A DNA stretch of 64,000 nucleotides from an uncultured Gemmatimonadales bacterium (GTDB lineage: Bacteria > Gemmatimonadota > Gemmatimonadetes > Gemmatimonadales > Gemmatimonadaceae): NCBI GenBank assembly GCA_963851265.1, contig CAWKNZ010000002.1, forward strand, positions 512,001-576,000, in the 5' to 3' direction. The notes beneath the pieces are model-generated. The model was not told the DNA's origin and did no database searches. It saw only the letters and a list, made by a program, of their open reading frames with translations. Each line of letters begins with the position of its first letter. Positions within the stretch are counted from its first letter, which is position 1. Shown here in pieces: positions 11,917 through 23,629 of this stretch. The position numbers and the translations under genes were made by a program.

Positions 11917-12947
11917 GCCATCGACTCTCGCGGTGTGGACATCGACCCGTCAGCCTGCAGCGCGGCCAGGCGGTCGCGGCGGGTCCTCGCATATTCGTGA
12001 ATCATCCCATACCGTTCCAAGATCTTGAACTGGAGCCAGAGGCGGTCCGGCTGCCGCCCCGGAACCAACCGCTTCAGGTACGCGACCGCGAGCGTCATCA
12101 ATTCGCGATACATCCACAGCGGCGCGCCGAGGAAGCGCCGCGCCGCGGGCGGCTCCGGGGCGAACAACGTGTGCCCGTCGAACACCGTCCGCGGCGGCGT
12201 CATGCGGACGACGGCGCGCCCGTGATCGAACGCCCACTTCCGGTGGTACGCGAGCGTGAGCCGGTGCGGCTGCACTTCGGCGTGGATCTCGATCGACGGG
12301 TCATACCATCCTCGATACCCCGCGTCCAGCAGCCGGATCTGCAATTCGTGATCTTCCGAGGCAGTGACGGCCCCTGGCGCGTGCTGGTAACGCGGGTCGA
12401 AGCCTCCCACTGCCTCGAACGCCGCGCGTCTCACGGCGAGATTCGCAGAGACCAGACACCGGAACGGCATCCGCCGCACCTCCGCCCCCTCCGCGCCGTA
12501 GTCGACGAGCGCCAGCGGCGACCAGAACCAGTCCGTGAGCCACTCCGGCGGCTCCGACGGCCAAATCGCTCGGATCGGACCGCCCGTATAATCCATCTCG
12601 GGGTGCGCATCGAACACGGCCGCGATGGCCGCGAGCCACGCCGGGGACACGCGCACGTCATCGTCGGTGAACACGACGAACTCGCCGTGAGCCGCCGCGA
12701 CTCCGGCGTTGCGCCCGTAGCTCGCGCCCTGACGCGCCTCGAACACGTACCGCAACCGCCCGTGCGCTGCGGGCAGGAACGCCTCCACCACGGCGCGCGT
12801 GTCGTCCGTGGAGTTATTGTCGACGACGATGATCTCGTGCGGCGGTGAATTCGGACCGAGTTCGAGGAGACTATCGATCGCGCCGCGAAGCGTGGCGGCG
12901 CGGTTGTACGTCGTGACGACGACGGAGTAGAGCGGCTGGACCGACAT
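11913..12947 (-). CDS. Glycosyltransferase family 2 (paralog array member)
   Basis: TTYNR, VDNNSTD, FTDDD, EDHE; closely similar to 7467-8501; start at MSVQPL. Confidence 0.88.
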   Translation of the reverse strand: MSVQPLYSVVVTTYNRAATLRGAIDSLLELGPNSPPHEIIVVDNNSTDDTRAVVEAFLPAAHGRLRYVFEARQGASYGRNAGVAAAHGEFVVFTDDDVRVSPAWLAAIAAVFDAHPEMDYTGGPIRAIWPSEPPEWLTDWFWSPLALVDYGAEGAEVRRMPFRCLVSANLAVRRAAFEAVGGFDPRYQHAPGAVTASEDHELQIRLLDAGYRGWYDPSIEIHAEVQPHRLTLAYHRKWAFDHGRAVVRMTPPRTVFDGHTLFAPEPPAARRFLGAPLWMYRELMTLAVAYLKRLVPGRQPDRLWLQFKILERYGMIHEYARTRRDRLAALQADGSMSTPRESMA

Positions 12948-13160
12948 CGGGGTGGCTACGGATGGCGGGGACACGGATCGACTGAACGGAGCGCGCAGTC
13001 GAGCGCGCTCCGACGTCGAGATCTGGCGATCACCGAAGCAAGTTTTGGGACAATGGTTCGGTCGACAAGTGGCACACCGTACCGTGACTCACCCTCGACA
13101 CTCGATCCCCAGACCGTGCGTGAGATCGAGCGATGGTAGGCCATGTTGAACGGATGATAT

Positions 13161-13190
13161 ACATTTCCTTTCATCCGGATAAGCGGATGA

Positions 13191-13192
<2 letters not shown>
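13161..13192. promoter_or_regulatory. Putative methionine-regulon operator upstream of metH
   Basis: ATCCG-GATAAG-CGGAT at 13173-13188, inside the 8-bp-periodic run acatttcc-tttcatcc-ggataagc-ggatgaat. Confidence 0.7.
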
Positions 13193-17075
<3,883 letters not shown>

Positions 17076-17099
17076 GCGGATGTCGCGTGCTCGCCGGCG

Positions 17100-17705
17100 T
17101 CAGCGCAGCGCGCCGGCGAGCACCCCGATCACCAGACGTTCGAGCAACGTCAGGGCGAAGTACGCGACGATCGGCGTGACGTCGATCATCCCGAGCGGTG
17201 GCACGACTTGCCGCAACGGATTCACGATCCAGTCGGTGAGCACGAACGCCCACCGCACCCACCCCGAGTACGGCGAGACGCCGAACCAGCTCGAGATCAC
17301 CCGCACGAACAGCGCGAGCTGCAGCGCCGCGAACGTGAGACTGATCAGCTCGAGCAGGAGCGGCCCCGAGCCCGCGCTCGCCGCGACGAGTAGCTGCACG
17401 AGCAGCCCCTGCACGACGCCGAGCATGTACAGCAACAACAGCCCGCCAACGACCACTCCGGCCAGCGTCCACCAGGGGGCGTTGGTCGGCAGGCCGCCCG
17501 CGCGCACGAGCCGCCGCTCCATCGGCGTGAAGATCGGATCGACGCGCGCCCGCACGAACCGGCCGACGCCGCCGAACGGACTCACGCGCCGGGTCCGCAC
17601 GGACACGCTGAGCGCGGCAAGGGCGGCCACGACCACGGCCACGCCGAACACGAGCGTGCGGAGTGCGGCGAGCGCGACGTTCAGAACCACGAGGAAGACG
17701 GGCAC
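17100..17705 (-). CDS. yggT: YggT family membrane protein
   Basis: Two YGGT-like repeats (RVISSW...TDWIVNPLRQVVPPLGMIDVTPIVA). Confidence 0.8.
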   Translation of the reverse strand: MPVFLVVLNVALAALRTLVFGVAVVVAALAALSVSVRTRRVSPFGGVGRFVRARVDPIFTPMERRLVRAGGLPTNAPWWTLAGVVVGGLLLLYMLGVVQGLLVQLLVAASAGSGPLLLELISLTFAALQLALFVRVISSWFGVSPYSGWVRWAFVLTDWIVNPLRQVVPPLGMIDVTPIVAYFALTLLERLVIGVLAGALR

Positions 17706-18081
17706 GAGTGCAAGCTCGCCGGGCCCTGGCGCGCCGGCAAGGCGACGACGGCGCTGTCCTGTTGCCCCCGGTGTGCGACTGTTCAGCCGGATGTCACGAG
17801 CCTGCTACGGAGCGCCGCCAGCAGTCGCACCATGCGTGCTACGTTTCGTCTCTGGCGGAACAATCACCATCACGCCAGGGTCGCATCCCGGGCCGCCGGA
17901 CCGACTGGCGGCTTGCGCGAGAATGGTTCGACGCACCGGCGCACACGCCAGTGTCGGCGCGGCGTGTTACGTTTGCGGTCTGCAGGGCGATACTCGCTCC
18001 TGTTGGCGATCTTTTAACTCGCTCGGGCGCGGCGCACGGCGGCTCGCGTTCGGCCCCTCCTACGCACCCACCCTACCGTCC

Positions 18082-18603
18082 GTGCTTTCCGAAGAAAACC
18101 TCCTTCGGTACGTCCGCGCTCTGTACTCCGTCGGCCTACTGCTCGTATTCGTCCCGGTCGTCGATCTCGCGCTCCGGTCGTACCCGCCGCAGTTCGGAAC
18201 GCTGCAGTGGCGCTTCGCGACGACCGGTCTTCTGCTCGGAAATTACGGCACACTGGTCCTGGGCGTCGCCCTGATCGGGCTCACCGCCGCGCTCCTCGGT
18301 GACCGCGGGGTCCTTCGCGTGGTTGGCACCGGCGCGCTGGTCATGGCGGTGGTCACTCTCGCGCTGCTCGTACTCTTCGCGCTCGACGCGGTTCAGCTCC
18401 GCCAACTGGTGAACGTGAACGTCCAGCGCCAGGTCGGACTCTCGTCGGCCGCGGCGGCCATCACGGGCGTGCTCGGCACCATGGCGTGGTTCGTCATCGG
18501 GCGTAGCGCGATGACCGCCAGCCGGTCGGCGCGCCCCGTCGCGAACCGCGCCCGCGCGGCGTCGCCGCTGGTGATGGCGTCGGGCACCGGAGACTCGGTG
18601 TGA
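18082..18603 (+). CDS. Hypothetical membrane protein (about 4 TM) coupled to exosortase
   Basis: Hydrophobic C-terminal third of the 17080 ORF, GTG start; its stop overlaps the exosortase start (GTGA). Confidence 0.7.
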   Translation: MLSEENLLRYVRALYSVGLLLVFVPVVDLALRSYPPQFGTLQWRFATTGLLLGNYGTLVLGVALIGLTAALLGDRGVLRVVGTGALVMAVVTLALLVLFALDAVQLRQLVNVNVQRQVGLSSAAAAITGVLGTMAWFVIGRSAMTASRSARPVANRARAASPLVMASGTGDSV

Positions 18604-19625
18604 CCACGCCCGCATTGCCTGCGCCGCTCGCCGGAGGCAGTGCGGCCGAGGATCGTCCGGCGCGACCGCGTCCGCCGGCCGGTCGCTCCATCTCCGCCGA
18701 GGTCGCGCGTGCGGCCTCGACGTTGCGCGTGGTCGCGACCCCGGCCGGGCTCGTGACCATCGCGCTTTTCGCGTTCCTGTTTGCACGCCCCGCGTATCTC
18801 CTCGTGCGCGACTGGTGGTCCAACCCGGAAGCCGGGCACGGACTGCTCCTCGCGCCGCTCGCGCTCTGGTTCGCGTACAAGAGTGGCATCCGCCCGGACG
18901 CGCGTCCCAATCGCGTCGCCGGGGCGGCGATCATCGTCGTTGCCGTCGGATTCCGCTGGGTCGCCGACCTCGCGGCCGAGCTGTTCGTCATGCGCGGATC
19001 GATGCTGCTCGCCATCGCCGGCCTCGTGGTCTGGCATTACGGCGTCCGCCAGGTGGTTCGCTGGTGGCTTCCATTCGCGCTCGTCGCGTTGTCGATCCCG
19101 CTGCCGGACGTGATCCTCAACCGGGTGGCCTTCCCGCTGCAGCTCATCGCGTCGCGGATCGGGGCGTCGCTGCTGGCGTGGCGCGAGATCCCGGTGCTGC
19201 TCACCGGGAACGTCATCCACATCCCGCGCCACGAGCTGTTCGTCGCCGAGGCGTGTAGTGGTCTCCGGTCGCTCACCGCGCTGATCAGCCTCGGCGTACT
19301 GCTGGGCGCGATCCTCCTGCGACACCCGCTCAGCCGCGTGCTCCTGATCGCCGCCGTCGTCCCGGTCGCGATCGTGCTCAACGGCGTGCGCGTGTTCCTG
19401 ACGGGATTCCTCGTCTACTTCGTCGATCCCGCGCTCGGCGAGGGCTTCATGCACCTGACTGAGGGCATGCTCGTCTTCGTCGTCGCGTTCGCGATCCTCG
19501 GCGCGCTCGCGTTCGGCGTCGCCGCGCTCGAGGAGCGGGTACTCCCCTCGGTCGACCGTCGCGGCGGTACGCGGGTACCAAACGTCATGAACAGCGCTGC
19601 CGTCTCCGTGCCCGACCATGCCTGA
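18600..19625 (+). CDS. epsH: Exosortase (EpsH family)
   Basis: HG motif, PLQ, catalytic VAEACSGLRS (Cys), NGVRV (Arg), FMH (His); multi-TM. Confidence 0.92.
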   Translation: MTTPALPAPLAGGSAAEDRPARPRPPAGRSISAEVARAASTLRVVATPAGLVTIALFAFLFARPAYLLVRDWWSNPEAGHGLLLAPLALWFAYKSGIRPDARPNRVAGAAIIVVAVGFRWVADLAAELFVMRGSMLLAIAGLVVWHYGVRQVVRWWLPFALVALSIPLPDVILNRVAFPLQLIASRIGASLLAWREIPVLLTGNVIHIPRHELFVAEACSGLRSLTALISLGVLLGAILLRHPLSRVLLIAAVVPVAIVLNGVRVFLTGFLVYFVDPALGEGFMHLTEGMLVFVVAFAILGALAFGVAALEERVLPSVDRRGGTRVPNVMNSAAVSVPDHA

Positions 19626-20289
19626 CGTCGCCCGCTTCGCCCCGGCCGCCCTGCTCGGCGTCGGGTGCCTTCTCATCTCCGGCGTCCGCGAACAGCAACG
19701 CGTGCCGCCGCGCCTCCCGCTCGCGGACGTGCAGGTGAACGTGCCGGGCTACGTCGCGCGCGACACCACTGTCGACGAAGCGGAGCGCAAGGTCGCGGGC
19801 ATGAGCCATTACCTGTCGCGGCTCTATCAGCGCACGCCGACCGACGCCTTCGGCGTGTACGTCGGCTACTACGATTATCAGGTCCAGGGCAAGTCCATCC
19901 ACTCCCCCAAGAATTGCCTGCCCGGCGCCGGGTGGGAGCCGCTCGACGCCGGCGTGCGGACCGTCGCGCTCCCGGGCGGCGATTCGGCGCACGTGAACCG
20001 ATTCCTCCTCGCCAACAAGGGCGCACAGGCGCTCGTGTACTACTGGTACGAGGGGCGTGGACGCGTCGAGCCGAGCGAGTACCGTGTGAAGTGGAACCTG
20101 ATCCGCGACGCCGCACGCTACGGGCGGACGGAAGAAGCGCTCGTGCGCATCGTCGTCCCGATTGACGTGCGGAACGTTGCGCCCGGCAAGCGCCCCAACT
20201 ACGCGGCCGCGGATCAGCTCGCGAGCGCCGTCGCGGCGCAGTTGGTCCCGGGCGTTCGCCGCGTGCTCCCCGCCGCGCCGGCCGCCTAA
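19618..20289 (+). CDS. epsI: EpsI family exosortase-associated protein
   Basis: YVGYY, IHSPKNCLPGAGW, VYYWY, ALVRI; overlaps the exosortase gene. Confidence 0.9.
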   Translation: MPDVARFAPAALLGVGCLLISGVREQQRVPPRLPLADVQVNVPGYVARDTTVDEAERKVAGMSHYLSRLYQRTPTDAFGVYVGYYDYQVQGKSIHSPKNCLPGAGWEPLDAGVRTVALPGGDSAHVNRFLLANKGAQALVYYWYEGRGRVEPSEYRVKWNLIRDAARYGRTEEALVRIVVPIDVRNVAPGKRPNYAAADQLASAVAAQLVPGVRRVLPAAPAA

Positions 20290-20290
20290 C

Positions 20291-20599
20291 GCTCGACGAG
20301 CCGGGCCGTCGGGCGGCCGCGGACTCCAGCAGGGATCACTGGGAGTGGCGTCGCGCGGTTCGCCGCGCCGGCGTCATCCCAGCTCGCAGCGGGTGCCGTG
20401 AACGTCCCCGACATCGGGTACGCCTACAGGTGCACCCTCGGTTCGATGTTCGGGTTGGGGGCGGTACGGTGGTTCGGTCGAACGCGCTTGCGTCGCCAAG
20501 CCCCTGTTCAAGAGAGCCACGAAGGCATGTTTCGAGACGCCTGATGCCGACGGTACCGGAAGCACTCGCGCGCCGCCGTGGCTCGGCATCCGCCGCGTC
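20291..20599 (+). ncRNA. Candidate structured RNA (four helices; central rod with 6S-like motifs)
   Basis: Helices 20291-20314, 20339-20382 (UUCG loop), 20383-20536 and 20536-20599; G-U pairs mostly favour the + strand. Confidence 0.35.
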
Positions 20600-20650
20600 C
20601 CCACGTCAGAGCTCGGAATCGCCTCGAGAGATCACGTGGCGACAGGGCGG

Positions 20651-22003
20651 CTACTCAGGCTCTACAGCGCGGCGTGCAGATTCGGACGATACCGCCCGGG
20701 CAAACTCGTCGGCAACGCGAGACCAGTCGAACGTGTCGCGCGCGAGTTCCCAGAACTTCGCGACCGTCGCGTCGTTCCCGGCCGGATCGTCGAGCCCACG
20801 CAGGATCTCCTCTGCCAGCTTCGCCGGAGCGTCGGCGGCCGTGAACAGCGCCCGAAGGGGGTCGGGGAGGAACTCGAAGGCGTACGACGTTCCCACGACG
20901 CACGTGCCTGTCGCGAGCGCCTCGACGACCTTGTTTTTGAATCCGCTGCCGAGCGTCATCGGCGCGACGTAGAGCGCGCTTCGCGCCAGCTCGGCGCGGA
21001 TGTCGTCGACCCACCCGGTGATCTCCACGTTAGGCCCGGCGAGCGCCCGCAACTCGGGCTGCGGGTTGGAGCCGGCGACGACGAACCGGACGCCGGGCCG
21101 CCGCCCGACGACCAGCGGCAGCACGCGTTGGATGAACCACAGCGCGGAGTAGTGGTTGGGCGCGAAGTCCATCGCGCCGGTGAAGATCAGGCGGTCGCGC
21201 TCGCGCAAGGCGCCCGTGAGTGTCGGTTTCGCGCGGATGCCGTTCGGGACCGTATGCACCGTCGCCGCGGAGCCGAGCAGGCGCGTCATCGCGAGTGCGT
21301 CGACCGGCGAGACGAACACGTTGTGGTCGGCGCGACGGCCGTAGTAGCGCTCGAACAGCCCCGCCTCCCACGACTGGAACACCCCCTGCGCGACGTGCCC
21401 CCAATCGCGGCGCTCGAACGCGGACCGACCCGCGCGCGCGTACTGCAGGTTGTGCGAATCCTTCCAGTCGATCGCGACGGGCGCGTGCCGACGTAGCGCC
21501 GGACCGGAAAAAATCAGGTGTGGGTCCGTGAAGACGAAGAGGTCGGGCGATACGGCGCGCGCGACGGCGTCGAGTTCGGCCGTCATGGCACGCCGCTCGG
21601 GGCCGAGCGCGACCGCACGGGCCGCGGGGTGCAGCACCGAGCGCGCCACCTTTCCGCGCAGCCACGAGTGACGCAGCCGGATCCGGCTGTATCCCGTGAT
21701 GACCTGCTGGTCGCGCAGGCGGTCCAGGTACGGTCCGGGGAGCGCCGGGTCGGTGTGGTCGAACTCGCACGCAATGAAGTGCACCTCCGCGCCGCGGCGT
21801 ACCCATTCGCGCGCGATCGCGAACGATCGCAGGTGCCCTCCGTGCTCCCACCCGTGCGCGTAGTACAGTGTGACGCACCACGCGCTCCGCCGCGGCGGCG
21901 CGTGGTGCGTAGTCGCCGGGTCGGTCGGTTGGACCCGTGTACCCGCTGCCGCCGGCGGGAGTGGCCCGCGCGTCGCAGGCCGCGTGGGGGTGGGGCTAGA
22001 CAT
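20651..22003 (-). CDS. Glycosyltransferase family 4 (type often found in exosortase loci)
   Basis: VPNGI, FTGAMDFAPN, GSGFKNKVVEALA. Confidence 0.85.
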   Translation of the reverse strand: MSSPTPTRPATRGPLPPAAAGTRVQPTDPATTHHAPPRRSAWCVTLYYAHGWEHGGHLRSFAIAREWVRRGAEVHFIACEFDHTDPALPGPYLDRLRDQQVITGYSRIRLRHSWLRGKVARSVLHPAARAVALGPERRAMTAELDAVARAVSPDLFVFTDPHLIFSGPALRRHAPVAIDWKDSHNLQYARAGRSAFERRDWGHVAQGVFQSWEAGLFERYYGRRADHNVFVSPVDALAMTRLLGSAATVHTVPNGIRAKPTLTGALRERDRLIFTGAMDFAPNHYSALWFIQRVLPLVVGRRPGVRFVVAGSNPQPELRALAGPNVEITGWVDDIRAELARSALYVAPMTLGSGFKNKVVEALATGTCVVGTSYAFEFLPDPLRALFTAADAPAKLAEEILRGLDDPAGNDATVAKFWELARDTFDWSRVADEFARAVSSESARRAVEPE

Positions 22004-23246
22004 GAGCGGCGGATGTGAGTCGCTGGCCGTTGACGCCGTCGTACACGCGCCCGAGTCGCTGTCCGATGCCGTCCCAGGAATAATGATCGAGGACGAATGC
22101 GCGGCCGGCTTCCGCGAGGCGAGCGGCGAGGCGTGGATCGCCCTCGACGCGGCGTACCTGGGAGACTGTCTCGGCGACGTCGTTCGCCTCGAGGTAATGC
22201 TCGCCGTCGATGAGGCCGATGCCCTCGACGCCGATGCGCGTGGCGACCAGCGGCCGGCCGAGCGCGAGCGCGTCGAGCACTTTCAGCCGCGTCCCACCGC
22301 CGACCCGGATCGGGCAGATGTACGTCGTCGCGCCGCGCACGTGCGGTCGGACGTCGTCGACGAAACCGAGTACCCGGACGCGCGGATCGGATGCCGCGAG
22401 CGCCACCGCGCGGGCGGGCGGATGGCGACCGATGATCACCGCCGACCGGTCGCGATCAGCGTCGGCGAGCGCGGGCCACAGTTCGGCGGCGAACCACTCG
22501 ATCGCGTCGGCGTTCGGGAACCAGTCCATCCCGCCTGCCCAGACCAAGCTGCGCGGCCGGACCGGCTGCGCCGGATCCGGCGTGAAAAACGTCACGTCGA
22601 CGCCGTTCGGAATCGTTTCGACCCGCGCGTCCGGCGCGATCGTGCGCAGTCGCTCGCCATCGAGGTCCGAGACCACGAGGTTGCAGGCAGCGCGCGTCGA
22701 GAACTCGCGTTCGGCGCGCAGGGTCCCACGCGCCTGTCGCGCAAAGAAGGCGCGCGCCGGGCCGCGCATGCGCTCGGCCCGGCGCTCAAGCAGGTGCGAC
22801 TCGACATTATGGTGGTTCAGCACGAACGGCGTGTTGCCGAGCAGGGGCACGTAGCCGCAGAGAAAAACCGTATCGAGGTGCGCGACGTCGAACTGCACTC
22901 GGCTCATCAGCGCGCGCGTGTAGGCGACCGCGTCCGCGTTGTCGAACAGGTGTTCCCAGTACGTTGCCTGTCCGATCGACGCGCGCGCGACGCGCGCGCC
23001 CGCGCGCACGCGGCGAACGTTGCTCGGAAGGGCGACGACGCGCGCTGACGCGAGGATCCGCGCGAGTGCCGACTCGGCATCGCGCAATGCGTCATCCGAG
23101 GCGAACGAGCCAGCCGGCGCGAGCGCGACGAGGTGCGTCTCGTAGCGCTGGGCGGCCTGCGCGAGCAGGTGGTGCGTCCGCTGAAGCGCGCCGTGCCCCG
23201 TTGCCGGGTACGGCGCGAAATGCGAGAGCCAGAAAAGGCGTGACAT
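21996..23246 (-). CDS. Glycosyltransferase family 4 (type often found in exosortase loci)
   Basis: PYPATGHG, HNVES, IPNGVD, GGMDWFPN, GGGTRLKVLDA; start at MSRLFW. Confidence 0.87.
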   Translation of the reverse strand: MSRLFWLSHFAPYPATGHGALQRTHHLLAQAAQRYETHLVALAPAGSFASDDALRDAESALARILASARVVALPSNVRRVRAGARVARASIGQATYWEHLFDNADAVAYTRALMSRVQFDVAHLDTVFLCGYVPLLGNTPFVLNHHNVESHLLERRAERMRGPARAFFARQARGTLRAEREFSTRAACNLVVSDLDGERLRTIAPDARVETIPNGVDVTFFTPDPAQPVRPRSLVWAGGMDWFPNADAIEWFAAELWPALADADRDRSAVIIGRHPPARAVALAASDPRVRVLGFVDDVRPHVRGATTYICPIRVGGGTRLKVLDALALGRPLVATRIGVEGIGLIDGEHYLEANDVAETVSQVRRVEGDPRLAARLAEAGRAFVLDHYSWDGIGQRLGRVYDGVNGQRLTSAAHV

Positions 23247-23424
23247 CGAAGAGGGAACGGCGCCGAACGTCTGCAACGGTGACGGCGGTGCGGTCGTACG
23301 GTAACGACCCCGGGCCGGCCAAGTCGATGCCGCCGCACACTGCATTTATTGGACGGTCGCCTTCGCTCCATGCGCACGAGCTGTTACAAGCTCGACCAAC
23401 GTGCGTCTTCGCGGTGCACGACGA

Positions 23425-23442
23425 TTGTGATATCGCGCACAA
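23425..23442. promoter_or_regulatory. CRP/FNR-family-like box
   Basis: TTGTGA-TATCGC-GCACAA, a 9/10 match to TGTGA-N6-TCACA, in a divergent intergenic region. Confidence 0.45.
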
Positions 23443-23508
23443 GATGTAGCTCGGTGCGACTTACGCGTCGTGAGTACGAGAGGTAGGCGCATCCCCGCGT
23501 CGTGCAGG

Positions 23509-23617
23509 GATCGACTGATAACGGCAAACCCGTCGAAAGGCGGGGACGCAAAGCCACGAGGCTACCACCGCCGGGGGAGGACTCCCGGGGTCACGCTAGT
23601 CGGGCCGCCAAACGATC
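23509..23617 (+). promoter_or_regulatory. c-di-GMP-I (GEMM) riboswitch
   Basis: GGCAAACC-cgtc-GAAA-ggcg-GGGACGCAAAGCC...AGTCGGGCCGCC core; P1 gatcg/cgatc; ends 12 nt before ATG 23630. Confidence 0.92.
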
Positions 23618-23629
23618 ACCGCTGGAACC

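Noticed and set aside
13070..13085. TGGCAC upstream of metH as a sigma-54 promoter
   Set aside because: No GC at the -12 position (GG-N10-CG).
17080..18081. N-terminal two-thirds of the 507-aa ORF
   Set aside because: It overlaps yggT on the opposite strand and the intergenic region; only the hydrophobic part from 18082 looks coding.
20330..20600. Cobalamin riboswitch, SRP RNA, RNase P or tmRNA in the epsI downstream gap
   Set aside because: Only isolated fragments (cactggg, ggaagca) are present; the diagnostic motifs are absent or out of order.
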